A stretch of 34,572 nt of DNA from a bacterium (GCA_030431385.1 JAUIJJ010000002.1:1-34572), one strand, 5' to 3'; shown: positions 8,555 through 18,530, counted from the first letter of the stretch. The notes: generated by a model from the sequence alone, not told the origin. A program made the numbers and translations.

Positions 8555-9425
8555 GATACGCTACCGCGCCTATGAGGGGCAGCTGACCCCGGGGCCACTG
8601 CGCCTGCTCTCCATTCCCAAGTATTCACTGATGTCGATCTTTAACAAGTGGATCGCGACTTCTGTGTTCGGAGTCGGCGTCATCACAATGCTGATCCTCA
8701 GCGCCTATCTGTTCCTTTCTAACAGCGCGTACCTGGCGACCTTCCCGATGGTGAGCGGGCTCGTCGAGAACTTGCCAGAGCTGAAGCCGCGCGCGCTATT
8801 CGAGCACTTCTACCGGGTTCAGTACTTTATATGTTTGATTCCACTGCTACTCGCCGCGCCGAAGCTCATCAGCCGCGAATTGCAACACAACGGCTTGCCG
8901 CTCTTGTTTAGCAGGCCGCTCTCCCGCACCGGATACATCATCGGAAAACTGGCGACGCTCGCCGTGTTTATCAGCTTCCTCACGTGGGTGCAGGCGATCG
9001 TACTCTTTATAGTGATGATTGCGTTCTATCCCGGCGACCACGAATTCATTCAGAACTTCTTCAGCGATTCACTACCAATGCTGGTGGGGGTTCTGTTCGT
9101 CGGCGGAATGATTACAACAGTGCTCTCGCTCATCGGTTTGATGGCGTCGGCTTTCTCGAAGAACTTTCGTTTCTGTGCGCTGATCCTGTTGGTATTGATT
9201 GTCGGTTCCGAGGCATTCTCGGGCCTGCTCGCATTGATGCTGAAACACGATCATTTATGGTTCGGTGTAAACACACTCTTTTGGCAGCTTGCGGTACTTG
9301 TCTTTGGTACCGACGAGACAGGAATCCCTGTTCCAACAATCATTTTCGGTATGACCATGTGGACTTTAATCCCAATCGCATTCCTCTACTGGCGACTCAA
9401 GCCGGTGGAAGTCTTCAAGGAGTGA
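8541..9425 (+). CDS. ABC-2 type transporter permease
   Basis: ~6 TM helices; ISRELQHNGLPLLFSRPLSRTGYIIGK motif; RBS GGAAAGGA before ATG 8541; overlaps the upstream ATPase. Confidence 0.9.
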   Translation: MPVHEIRYRAYEGQLTPGPLRLLSIPKYSLMSIFNKWIATSVFGVGVITMLILSAYLFLSNSAYLATFPMVSGLVENLPELKPRALFEHFYRVQYFICLIPLLLAAPKLISRELQHNGLPLLFSRPLSRTGYIIGKLATLAVFISFLTWVQAIVLFIVMIAFYPGDHEFIQNFFSDSLPMLVGVLFVGGMITTVLSLIGLMASAFSKNFRFCALILLVLIVGSEAFSGLLALMLKHDHLWFGVNTLFWQLAVLVFGTDETGIPVPTIIFGMTMWTLIPIAFLYWRLKPVEVFKE

Positions 9426-9433
9426 CCTGACAA

Positions 9434-10381
9434 GTGGAAGCCACTCCCCTAATTGAACTGCGCGAAGTTTCCCGCTGGTACGGCGAGGTCATTGGCGTAA
9501 ATCGTATCACGGCCACACTTCGCCCCGGCATCACCGGACTTCTCGGCCCCAATGGCGCCGGCAAGTCGACAATGATGAATCTCATCACGGGAATGATCAG
9601 CGCGAGCGATGGCGAGATTCTCGCCTTTGGCGAACCCGCCTGGTCGAATCCGCGCATCATGACGCGGCTCGGCTATTGCACGCAGGCCGACGCGTTCTAC
9701 GAGAAAATGACGGGTTTGGAGTTCATCGAGTCGCTACTGATGCTGCGAGGTTGGATGCGTTCGAAGGCGAACTCCGCCGCGCGTCACGCGCTTCAGCAAC
9801 TCGGTATGGCACCCAACATGAACCGGCGGATTCAAAGTTATTCAAAGGGCATGCGCCAGCGCACAAAGGTCGCCCTCGCCATTTCTCACAACCCGGAGAT
9901 TCTTGTACTCGATGAACCACTGAACGGGCTCGATGCAGTAGGTCGACATGAGATGATCGAGCTCATTCGCCAGTGGGGTAAAGAAAGTCGGAACGTTATC
10001 ATTAGTAGTCACGTCCTCCATGAGATTGAGGAGATGACGAATAACATCCTGATGATGCGCGGCGGTTATCTTCTCGCCGAAGGCGACGTCAAAGAGGTTC
10101 GCGAGAATCTGCGCGAGCATCCACATCAGGTACTCATCCGCTGCACGGATCCCCGAGGGGCAGCACTCTTTTTTATGGAACGCGAAACGACTATCAGCGC
10201 GAAAGTTGAGGAACTCGACAATGCCGTCATCATCGAAACCAGGGACGTCGGACTATTCTATTCAGACCTCAACTCCCTGGTTCTCGACCGTGGAATCGAC
10301 GTCACATTCGTCACCGTCGCCGACGAAAACATCACCTCCATATTCGACTACCTCAGCGGAGGCGCCGGTGGAAAAAACTGA
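9434..10381 (+). CDS. ABC transporter ATP-binding protein (ABC-2 type)
   Basis: GPNGAGKST, YSKGMRQR, VLDEPLNGLD, SSHVLHEIE. Confidence 0.95.
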   Translation: MEATPLIELREVSRWYGEVIGVNRITATLRPGITGLLGPNGAGKSTMMNLITGMISASDGEILAFGEPAWSNPRIMTRLGYCTQADAFYEKMTGLEFIESLLMLRGWMRSKANSAARHALQQLGMAPNMNRRIQSYSKGMRQRTKVALAISHNPEILVLDEPLNGLDAVGRHEMIELIRQWGKESRNVIISSHVLHEIEEMTNNILMMRGGYLLAEGDVKEVRENLREHPHQVLIRCTDPRGAALFFMERETTISAKVEELDNAVIIETRDVGLFYSDLNSLVLDRGIDVTFVTVADENITSIFDYLSGGAGGKN

Positions 10382-11237
10382 CGCGAGCCTCCTCTTACGC
10401 CAATTCATCGCCATGACCCGGCTTTCGGTAAAGCGATACCTGCGCTCGCGTTTCTTTTGGGCTGCGCTGGTACTTGGTATCCTTCCGGTCCTGATCGCTG
10501 GCGTGATTGCATTCACGACAATCACCGCGTCCGGCTTTGCCTTCACAACACCTCTCACGGTTCCCGGTGCAACGGTGGACGTACAGGAAATGACCCAAGG
10601 GTTCATGTTTCTCGTTCAATACGGATACCTGAATTTCTGCGTCTTCTTTTTGGCGGTCTTTTTTGGAAACTCCGCGCTTCGTGAAGAAAGCGACGAGCAA
10701 ACACTTCACTACCTATTCTTGCAACCAATCCCCCGCTGGCTCATCGTTGCAGGAAAGTATGCCGGATTTCTGTTACTCGCTGTACACATCTTCCTCGGAT
10801 CGCTACTCCTCTCACAGTTACTATTGCTACTCCCATTCGGGCCAAAGGGTATGTGGGAGGCGCTCGTTACGAACGGCCGAGTAGTGCACCTCATTCAGGA
10901 AGGCATGGTGGTCTCTCTGGCAATTGCAGTCTGGGCAGCGTTTTTCCTCGCAGTCAGCAGTGTCTTTAGAAACATGCTCTACGCATTGTTTATCTACGGG
11001 TGGGAAACGACTTCGAACTTCCTTCCGGAGACTCTTCGCAATTTTTCGCTGAGTTATTACTTCAAGTTCATGCTTCCAGAGCGCTCACTTATCAAAGAGA
11101 ACGGCGCGCTCGGCTTTATGGTTGAAGGGCCCGGCGGGATACAGACGTTCATCGTGCTCACGCTCGTTGTTTGCCTGGGGCTGACATTTGCAGGGTGGAT
11201 GACCAGTACTCGGGAATGCACCTATACTGACGCTTAG
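10368..11237 (+). CDS. ABC-2 type transporter permease
   Basis: Multi-TM; LREESDEQTLHYLFLQPIPRWLIVAGKY motif; GGAGG before GTG 10368. Confidence 0.9.
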   Translation: MEKTDASLLLRQFIAMTRLSVKRYLRSRFFWAALVLGILPVLIAGVIAFTTITASGFAFTTPLTVPGATVDVQEMTQGFMFLVQYGYLNFCVFFLAVFFGNSALREESDEQTLHYLFLQPIPRWLIVAGKYAGFLLLAVHIFLGSLLLSQLLLLLPFGPKGMWEALVTNGRVVHLIQEGMVVSLAIAVWAAFFLAVSSVFRNMLYALFIYGWETTSNFLPETLRNFSLSYYFKFMLPERSLIKENGALGFMVEGPGGIQTFIVLTLVVCLGLTFAGWMTSTRECTYTDA

Positions 11238-11246
11238 TGCCACGAA

Positions 11247-12422
11247 CTACATCGCAGCCTTCGTCATTTCCCAGATACCTTTCCAGGTGTACTCCACAGC
11301 CTTGCCGTGGAAGCACCCGTGAATGCAGAAACACTTGCTGATTTGCTTACGACGCTCGTTGGCTTCTTCGCCATGCCAGAGGTCATCGAAGTTGAAATCG
11401 AATTTTTCGAGATTGGCAAAGGGAAGTGTAAACTCGCAATGCGCGACGTCGCCGTTACTATAGAGTACACCAACGGCCTGACCAGCAGTTACACACTTGA
11501 ACTGCTCTTTCTCCGTTTCAACCATTCGAAGCTGAGCGAGGTTGTGAACGTGAAAGCTGTTCGCGCGATAAGGGCCGCGACTGTTGATCACCTTCAGGTC
11601 TTCGGCGATCTGGGGGAACGACTCCGTAGGCGGAAGCGCCATCGCTTTCGGGCCAACACCCTGTTCCGCAACCTCCGCAGGAATATGCCATGCGGTGGTT
11701 TCCACATCGCGAACCAATTCAAATCCATGCACGAAATCATGTGAAACGTGCTCGCGCAGGAAATCGTTGAGCGGAATGAGTTCCTCGTAATTCAATTCGG
11801 TAATGACCGTCAGTGCGTGCGCGCCGAGGTTTCGATACTTTGACTTCAGATCGTAGATCGCTTTGAGAGTTTCGATGACCTTATCGAAATTCCCCGGAAC
11901 GCCACGTATCCGATCATGAGTCGTCGCAAGCCCGTCGAGGGAAAGCTGATACTCAAGGCCCAAGTCAGGGAATTCGGCCTTTAGCTCCTCGGTCATCGCG
12001 ACAATCTTCTTGGGCTTCAGGCCATTGGTATTAATGAGAACCGTTTGCGCTTTGCCGCGTTTCGCGAACGCTCGCACAATATCGATCAGATCGGCACGAA
12101 GCGTCGGCTCGCCGCCGGTGAGCAGCAACTGCCGCAGCGGCGGCGTTGATTCAGCGACCTTCTCGATCTGTTCGAGGGACATCTCGGGAATGCCGACGTT
12201 GAGGTCTTCCCAGCAGAAACAATGATCACACTTCGCATTGCAACGCATGGTCACATACAGGATCAGCATTTCGAGCGGGTACAGACCGGTCCGTTGCTTC
12301 TCCGCTTGGTTGCGGCGAAAGCGCTTGGTCGTCTCGACGAGAATCTTTTGGTCAACGCTACGAATCAAATCAACAAAGCGCCTCCAAGACGCGCCCAACG
12401 AATCCGCCCCAAGCCCGCTCAC
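11247..12422 (-). CDS. Radical SAM protein with C-terminal SPASM/twitch domain
   Basis: CNAKCDHC (CxxxCxxC), TGGEP, NTNG, SLDG...HDRIRG; C-terminal C...NGDVAHCE...CFCIHGC. Confidence 0.93.
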   Translation of the reverse strand: MSGLGADSLGASWRRFVDLIRSVDQKILVETTKRFRRNQAEKQRTGLYPLEMLILYVTMRCNAKCDHCFCWEDLNVGIPEMSLEQIEKVAESTPPLRQLLLTGGEPTLRADLIDIVRAFAKRGKAQTVLINTNGLKPKKIVAMTEELKAEFPDLGLEYQLSLDGLATTHDRIRGVPGNFDKVIETLKAIYDLKSKYRNLGAHALTVITELNYEELIPLNDFLREHVSHDFVHGFELVRDVETTAWHIPAEVAEQGVGPKAMALPPTESFPQIAEDLKVINSRGPYRANSFHVHNLAQLRMVETEKEQFKCVTAGQAVGVLYSNGDVAHCEFTLPFANLEKFDFNFDDLWHGEEANERRKQISKCFCIHGCFHGKAVEYTWKGIWEMTKAAM

Positions 12423-12533
12423 GTCAAGGGGAAGGGGGAGTTGGCCTAAATCACATCTCTCGTATGCAAATCATTCATTGCGCTTCGGGGGGTGGCTTGG
12501 TTCTTTCGCTTACCTCTTTCGGAGTTCATACAC

Positions 12534-13658
12534 GTGACGGGCGAACACATTGGATTAATAGTAGTGGTTCTATTCTGCATTGGATTCTGGTATCTGACTT
12601 TCTCCACTTTGTTCCAGATATTGGTCAGGAACCTACCAAAGAAGCCGGTTTTCTACACCCACTTGCACGAGATCGGGAAGGCGAGGAGTGCGTGGAAGAG
12701 AAAGGACTTCGAGTTTGTTGAGCACTGGCTGGATAGCTCGGGAAGCTCATCTACAAGCGCTGACGAGCGGATGGCCCGGGTGGAAGCCTTGGTTTTTGAA
12801 GACCGAGCAGACAAGCTATCCGCGGCGTGGGTAAAGAACAAGCCTGCGAGCGCGAGTGCAGCTCTTGTTCGGATGAACGTTCTCCGGAAACTGGCGTGGG
12901 AGGCTCGCGGGCGCACGAAGAGTGAGAAGGTTTCTAAGAACGGATGGGAGAAATTCTTCGATCTGATCGGCCAAGCTTACGAAGAAGGTGAACGCAGTCG
13001 CACACTTGTAGACGCGGATCTCACAAGCATAGAGACCAGCTTGATAACGATCCTGATGGGTCTCGACGCGGACAGGGATACAATCGATGGTGCATTCGAC
13101 GCCGTGGTCAGTAAGGCTCCGGCGCATTGGGAGGCGCACCACAGATCACTCATCGTCCGTTGTCGGAAGTGGTTCGGCTCGCACGATGAGATGTTCAGTT
13201 TCGCACGGGAACGCATCGGACAAATGCCCAAGGGGCACGTGATCAGTAGTTTGATCGCGAGTGCACACTACGAGTACTATCTCTATCTTCTCCTGTGGGA
13301 GTCTAAGGAGAAAGAAGCCGATAGGTACCTGCGACAGGAACCGGTGATCACTGAGTGCGAAAAGGCCTTTGTTTCCATGCTTTCCAACGGAGAAACACTT
13401 CGGCACCCCTTCTTTCCTCACGCCATGGCGAGGTTCGCAATCGTTGCGAAGTACATGGAAAACGATTGGCTCGCCGCCGCCGCACTCAAGGCGATGGGCC
13501 CATCTGTTGGCGCGAACACATGGGATGGAGCGGTTAGCCTGGGGATTGTTGAAGCTCTGCGGAAGAAGCACAAGCTGGGTTCAATCCGCAAGGCGTCGAA
13601 TGACGTCAGTCGCTTCGCTGAAATCTTGGAAAGCTGGAAAATCAAGTCGCAGAGCTAG
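12534..13658 (+). CDS. Membrane-anchored DUF4034-like helical-repeat protein
   Basis: AWEARG and CRKWFGSHDEMFSFARE motifs; N-terminal TM. Start GTG 12534 is supported by a GGAG RBS and by the paralogous fragment at 14162. Confidence 0.7.
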   Translation: MTGEHIGLIVVVLFCIGFWYLTFSTLFQILVRNLPKKPVFYTHLHEIGKARSAWKRKDFEFVEHWLDSSGSSSTSADERMARVEALVFEDRADKLSAAWVKNKPASASAALVRMNVLRKLAWEARGRTKSEKVSKNGWEKFFDLIGQAYEEGERSRTLVDADLTSIETSLITILMGLDADRDTIDGAFDAVVSKAPAHWEAHHRSLIVRCRKWFGSHDEMFSFARERIGQMPKGHVISSLIASAHYEYYLYLLLWESKEKEADRYLRQEPVITECEKAFVSMLSNGETLRHPFFPHAMARFAIVAKYMENDWLAAAALKAMGPSVGANTWDGAVSLGIVEALRKKHKLGSIRKASNDVSRFAEILESWKIKSQS

Positions 13659-13727
13659 CCGACTCTCCCTCTGGTACCTGTGCGCCGCCACGAACCCGGC
13701 TCAGATCGAGGGGAGGAGCTGTCTTCC

Positions 13728-14079
13728 CCCTATTCCTTCAGGATACGGTATAACAAGGAACGCCCCTCTGGGTGGCCCGTTGTTCTCTTGGGCTTGCGAA
13801 GACACAAGAACGCAGGAAGGACACGCAGAGGGTGACTGGGATTCAACAATCGAATGCGAAGTCGATCATGCTGGAGTTTGCTCCCGATGAGAAGGTGACT
13901 TCTCTTGGCGGCATGACGCTGCTCGCGCCTCTGATGCGGCGGCCTTGGGTCACCACTCTAATCGAGAAGACGATCCCCTACCGCCGTGCTGCGGCAACCA
14001 ACAGACCTAACCCTAGCGCAGGCATTCCATTTATCAAACATTGGGCGAGGACGTGCAGAGCGGCTCTGAAGGATTAGGG
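13728..14079 (+). mobile_element. Internally deleted IS1380-family element (MITE-like, 352 bp)
   Basis: Terminal inverted repeats CCCTATTCCTTCAG (13728-13741) and CTGAAGGATTAGGG (14066-14079), 13/14 match; encloses a transposase fragment whose stop codon lies in the right IR. Confidence 0.75.
13832..14077 (+). pseudogene. IS1380-family transposase remnant, lacking the DDE core
   Basis: LEFAPDEKVTSLGGMTLL resembles the IS1380 N-terminal F(x)nTSxGGxxLL motif; only ~80 codons long. Confidence 0.7.
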
Positions 14080-14161
14080 CCACATCTTACCGAAGCAAGT
14101 CTATCGTTGCGTTTCAGCAGAGAGTCTCGTCTCTTTACCATGACTTGCTTGGAGATAGTAC

Positions 14162-14305
14162 ATGACCTTCGAAAACATCGGTCTTATCGTAGTTGCTCTG
14201 TTCTGTCTGAGGATATGGTGGAGTACTTTGTTCAGGTGGAGCCTCATACTGTCAGGTCGTGTACCGCTCAAGCCGTTGCGGAACTCCCATCAGGGTGATG
14301 GGTGA
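14162..14305 (+). pseudogene. Truncated paralog of the 12534-13658 gene (not in the ORF track)
   Basis: MTFENIGLIVVALFCLRIWWSTLFRWSLILSGRVPLKPLRNSHQGDG* aligns without gaps to the N-terminus of 12534-13658 (20/47 identical counting the start); GGAG RBS. Confidence 0.8.
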
Positions 14306-14395
14306 ACGGCGCAGGAAGCTCAAACCGGTTACTCCTCACCCAGCAGCGGAAGAAGGTGGCCGCTGGGCTCGTTTCCTTCAGAGCACTCTCCCCCG

Positions 14396-15403
14396 CTACA
14401 TATACGCTGCCCTCATGTAGGAAATCCTTCTCACCAATTCTTCCACTTCGTGTTTGAGTGGTGTGCGGCCGCCTTCGCGGTTGCGGGCTGCCATGTTGAT
14501 GCCTTGGTGGGCAAAGAGTGAACATCCGATGTCGCCAGCGGGCCATTGGGCCAGCAGTTCCTGTCCTGCCAGCAGATCGTTTTGTGCGCGGAAAGCGAAC
14601 GGCAGGTTCGGCTCGCGGAGCGACTGCCACGCGGTGTCGATCAGTTCGGGCAACACGGACGACAGCAGGCCCGAAACGCCCGAGGTTCCCGTCGAAAATC
14701 CCGGCAGCGCCACGGCCTCGTTCGCGCCGATCACCGCGAACCGCTCGTCGCAGCATCGGACGATGTTTCCCAGCAAGCTCGTATCGTTCGTGTCGTAGAT
14801 CACGCCGACGAATTCCGGTCGACGAGAGAGCCTCTCGAGAGAGGTCGCCGTCAGCGCCCAGCCCGTGGGTAGAGTCCCCTGATTGTAGATGACCATGGGT
14901 CCTTTGACTGCCCTCGCCAGGTCTTCAAAGAACCTCACGACGACATCCTGCGGCCCGAAATCGTAGCCCGGCTGGAGCATGACCGGGATTGGCTGAAGCA
15001 CCGCTGCCGCGCCGCTGGCGAGTGCCCACTGGCTGAGGTCCGCCGCCGCGCGAAAGTACACCGCCGGCCGGGGCCGCTCCTGGAGGTCTCCGCCCCAAAT
15101 GCCCGCACAGCCTGCGATCACCGGCTTGCGACCCTTTGCAACGGTGACGACGCAGCGGATCGCGTCGCGGACCTCTTCGAGGCTGTACGACCAGAGGCGA
15201 CTCTCCCAAGAGCGTACGACGACCGCGCTCACGGAACTCTTGCTGCACAAATGGTCGGCGAGTAACTCAAGTCCGTCGAAATCAATGCGCCCGTCTAGCC
15301 GCTCGGGGGTGAACAGCGGCGCGACGGACCCGCAGAGCGCCGCTGAGTACTCGCGTCCGCTCACAGGATGGGTAACCTTGTCGATGATCGGCAGCACGGT
15401 CAT
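14396..15403 (-). CDS. Dihydrodipicolinate synthase (DapA/NAL) family protein, catalytically atypical
   Basis: APLFTP...[37 protein letters not shown]; the Schiff-base Lys position reads Ile (FVGVIYDT). Confidence 0.85.
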   Translation of the reverse strand: MTVLPIIDKVTHPVSGREYSAALCGSVAPLFTPERLDGRIDFDGLELLADHLCSKSSVSAVVVRSWESRLWSYSLEEVRDAIRCVVTVAKGRKPVIAGCAGIWGGDLQERPRPAVYFRAAADLSQWALASGAAAVLQPIPVMLQPGYDFGPQDVVVRFFEDLARAVKGPMVIYNQGTLPTGWALTATSLERLSRRPEFVGVIYDTNDTSLLGNIVRCCDERFAVIGANEAVALPGFSTGTSGVSGLLSSVLPELIDTAWQSLREPNLPFAFRAQNDLLAGQELLAQWPAGDIGCSLFAHQGINMAARNREGGRTPLKHEVEELVRRISYMRAAYM

Positions 15404-15558
15404 GGCCCTCCAAAAAATTGCTGAGCATCCGGTTGATTCCGGAGCCTCTTATTCTCCAGACTTTACCCGCGATTTACCAAGGCTGGCAAGAAGAGAAAAC
15501 GTGCGATCAACTTCGGGTACGAACCCTGCTGAATGGATTGTCAGCAAAGGAGCCTGCG

Positions 15559-16551
15559 ATGAAGAATTGGCACACCAAGCTTTGGAAGGACCCCATTCTG
15601 CTGCTCTCCGCGCTGATGGTGGTCTTCATCGGCGTCGCGTTGGCGCAATCACTTGCTGAGAAAGGACCGAAACCGATGTCCGATTGGAACGATCTGACCA
15701 GGGAAGAGGCCCGCGTCATCGTTGACAAAGGCACCGAACGCCCGTTCACCGGCGAGTACGTAAACAACAAGTCCGAGGGAACGTACATCTGCCGCCGTTG
15801 CGATGCACCCCTTTACAACTCCACCGATAAGTTTGAATCCAACTGCGGCTGGCCCAGTTTCGACGATGAGATCGAGGGCGCGGTCAAGCGAGTCCCCGAC
15901 GCCGACGGCCGGCGCACGGAGATCGTCTGTGCGAACTGCGACGGGCACCTCGGCCATGTGTTCCTCGGCGAGAGGTTCACCGAGAAAAATACACGCCACT
16001 GCGTTAACTCGATCTCCATGAAGTTCGTCCCCGCGTCTGACGCCGGAGGCGATCCGGCGACCGCGACGACCAGCGCTCGCGCGATCTTCGCCGGAGGCTG
16101 CTTCTGGGGCGTGGAGCACTTCTTCGTCGACGAGCCGGGCGTGATCTCCACGACTGTCGGCTACACCGGCGGTCACAAAGACAACCCCACCTACAAAGAA
16201 GTCTGCTACTCCGATACGGGCCACGCCGAGGCGATCGAGGTTGAGTTCGACCCGACGAAGACCAGCTACGAAAAGCTCGCGCGAATCTTCTTCGAGATAC
16301 ACGACCCAACGCAGGTCAACCGTCAGGGGCCAGATGTCGGCCTTCAGTACCGCTCGGCAGTGTACTACACCGACGACGCTCAGAAGCAGATCGCCGAGAA
16401 GTTGATTGGCGAATTGGAAGCCAAGGGACTGAAGGTCGCTACGGAAGTGACGAAGTCATCGAAGTTCTACGCCGCCGAGGAATACCATCAGGACTACTAC
16501 GCGAAGACCGGCAAGCAGCCCTACTGCCACGCCAGAGTCAAACGCTTCTAG
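15559..16551 (+). CDS. msrAB: Bifunctional peptide methionine sulfoxide reductase MsrB-MsrA with signal peptide
   Basis: MsrB: GTERPF, CRRC, CGWPSF, CANC, GHLGHVF, RHCVNS. MsrA: [37 protein letters not shown] before ATG 15559. Confidence 0.96.
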   Translation: MKNWHTKLWKDPILLLSALMVVFIGVALAQSLAEKGPKPMSDWNDLTREEARVIVDKGTERPFTGEYVNNKSEGTYICRRCDAPLYNSTDKFESNCGWPSFDDEIEGAVKRVPDADGRRTEIVCANCDGHLGHVFLGERFTEKNTRHCVNSISMKFVPASDAGGDPATATTSARAIFAGGCFWGVEHFFVDEPGVISTTVGYTGGHKDNPTYKEVCYSDTGHAEAIEVEFDPTKTSYEKLARIFFEIHDPTQVNRQGPDVGLQYRSAVYYTDDAQKQIAEKLIGELEAKGLKVATEVTKSSKFYAAEEYHQDYYAKTGKQPYCHARVKRF

Positions 16552-16576
16552 CTCAACTCGCACACCCATGCCTCGT

Positions 16577-16617
16577 TGCCCCCTCCCATTTTCACCACCG
16601 GGAGGGGGCATCTCTTT
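16577..16617 (+). terminator. Probable intrinsic terminator after msrAB
   Basis: 11-bp stem TGCCCCCTCCC/GGGAGGGGGCA followed by TCTCTTT. Confidence 0.6.
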
Positions 16618-16706
16618 GGCCGGGAAACGGGAGCCCTGTTCCTGTTGAGGCTCCACAGCGCGACGGTTAGGTTTTCCCATCCCTGAACCGTTGGAGGCGT
16701 CCCGGC

Positions 16707-18446
16707 GTGCCGCCGCTGAGAATCAACCTAATCCCCGCTATCACGATCATCCTGATCAACGTCATCGTGATCGGGTACGTGGCACGCTCGCGCGGGCAGA
16801 CGAAGTCCGGGTTCTTTCTGCTGGTGAACGCGCTCTCGCTGGTGTTTTGGGCCGGGGGCCAGGCCCTGTTTCAGTGGTTTCAAGGTTCACAACCGCTCGC
16901 CGCCGGACTCCCCTATCTCGCGGCCTTGATGGTGCCAGCGAACTTTCTCTACTACGGCCTTTCGCGGCCTCGGCCGATTCGACCTTTCTGGTCTTCTCCG
17001 ATGGGCTTGTACTTGCTGTTCCTCCCTCCGGTAATCCTCGCCGCGCTGGAGAACTATCGCTCCCACGGCATGAACCTGCTATTCAACTACAGCTACCGAA
17101 TAGAAGGCGTGAACCTGGACGGATGGGCGACGCGCGCCTCGTTGCTCTACTGCGTCGTCATGCTCGGTTCGGCGCTTGTGGTTCTCGGCGTGCGCTACAA
17201 CACCACAACAGGACCTGACCAAAATACAGCCAAGCATCTCATCGCGACGATCATCGGCCCGCTGCTGTTCGCCGGTGTTTTCTGGGCGTCGGCGCGCGGC
17301 GGGCCGATCTCCATTATTCCGTCGCCGAGTCTCGTCTTCGCCCTCATGGCCCAGATCGGGCTGATCGTGATCTTGCGTCAGGAAGAGCTCCGGCGTCCAC
17401 GATTCCTCAACCGAGCCGTCTATTACCTCACCGCCGTGCTGGTCGCGTTTCTGCTCGTTCACCTCATGCTGGAGTTCTTCACGTTCGTACAGGGCGGGCT
17501 GGTCCTCGACCGGACGATCTCCTGGCTTCTCATCGGTTCAACGCTGCTGCTGTTGCTCGTCGCGCGCAGCAAACCGCTGCAAAATGCCTTCGACAGGATC
17601 CTGTTCTCTCGGGCACAGGAGTACCGGTCGCTGTACCAGGAAACCCGTCAGGAGCTCCGGGGCACGCGCGAGCGCCTTCGCAAGACCGAGCGCCTCAGCG
17701 TCGCCGGCGAGTTGGCCGCCCGCCTCGCCCACGAGATCAAAAACCCCCTCGGCCCGATCAAGGGTTACACCCAGCGGATGCGCGAGAAGCTCGAAGAGGA
17801 TCCCGACTACCGCCACCGAGAGAGCTTTCTCAATCACCTGGACGTCATCTCCGAGGAAGTCGAGAACATCGACCGCCGGGTGCGCGGATTCCTGAACCTG
17901 GCGCGCCAGCCACAGCTCCTACAAGAACCCCTCGACATCAATATGCTCGTGAAACGCTGCTCGCAACTACTCCGGCTCGAAATCTCCGCGCAGGGCGATC
18001 CGCCAACTGGCCAACGGGCAGTCGAGATAAAGATGAACCTTCAGGAAACGCTGGAACCAATACTCGGCGATCAGGGCCGCATTGAAGAGGCCCTCTACAA
18101 TCTCGCACGCAATGCGCTCGATGCCACTCAAGAGTCTGAGGGTGGTGCCATTGAGTTCAAGACGAGAGCGAAGCAAGGCCCGACCGGCGACGATGGGGTT
18201 CTCATTGTTATCAAAGACGCCGGAACCGGACTTCGCACCGGAAAAATTTCAGAGCTCTTCGATCCATTCGTCAGTGAGAAAGAGGAGGGCACCGGTCTCG
18301 GGTTGAGCATCGTCAAGAGCCATGTCGAGAGCCACGGCGGCGTCATCACGCTGGCGAACAGGAAAAACAACGCTGGTGCTGAAGCGCGCATTTGGCTACC
18401 CCGTATTGCAAAGGCCAATCCCGGCGCGACGCTCCCCAAACCCTGA
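16707..18446 (+). CDS. Membrane sensor histidine kinase (multi-TM N-terminus, HisKA and HATPase_c)
   Basis: H-box LAHEIKNPL, N-box NLARNALDA, G1 DAGTG, F-box LFDPF, G2 GTGLGL; ~9 TM helices. Confidence 0.95.
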   Translation: MPPLRINLIPAITIILINVIVIGYVARSRGQTKSGFFLLVNALSLVFWAGGQALFQWFQGSQPLAAGLPYLAALMVPANFLYYGLSRPRPIRPFWSSPMGLYLLFLPPVILAALENYRSHGMNLLFNYSYRIEGVNLDGWATRASLLYCVVMLGSALVVLGVRYNTTTGPDQNTAKHLIATIIGPLLFAGVFWASARGGPISIIPSPSLVFALMAQIGLIVILRQEELRRPRFLNRAVYYLTAVLVAFLLVHLMLEFFTFVQGGLVLDRTISWLLIGSTLLLLLVARSKPLQNAFDRILFSRAQEYRSLYQETRQELRGTRERLRKTERLSVAGELAARLAHEIKNPLGPIKGYTQRMREKLEEDPDYRHRESFLNHLDVISEEVENIDRRVRGFLNLARQPQLLQEPLDINMLVKRCSQLLRLEISAQGDPPTGQRAVEIKMNLQETLEPILGDQGRIEEALYNLARNALDATQESEGGAIEFKTRAKQGPTGDDGVLIVIKDAGTGLRTGKISELFDPFVSEKEEGTGLGLSIVKSHVESHGGVITLANRKNNAGAEARIWLPRIAKANPGATLPKP

Positions 18447-18530
18447 CCGATGGGCGCCTCCCTTAATCCCGCTTGCACTGAATTGTGACGCGCCCGAACC
18501 TTCGTTTTCGCAATTTGCATAGTCGGACTG

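Noticed and set aside
14303-14305. In-frame TGA as possible selenocysteine or readthrough
   Set aside because: It aligns with Gly rather than Cys, similarity fades a few codons later, and the convergent gene leaves no room for a full protein.
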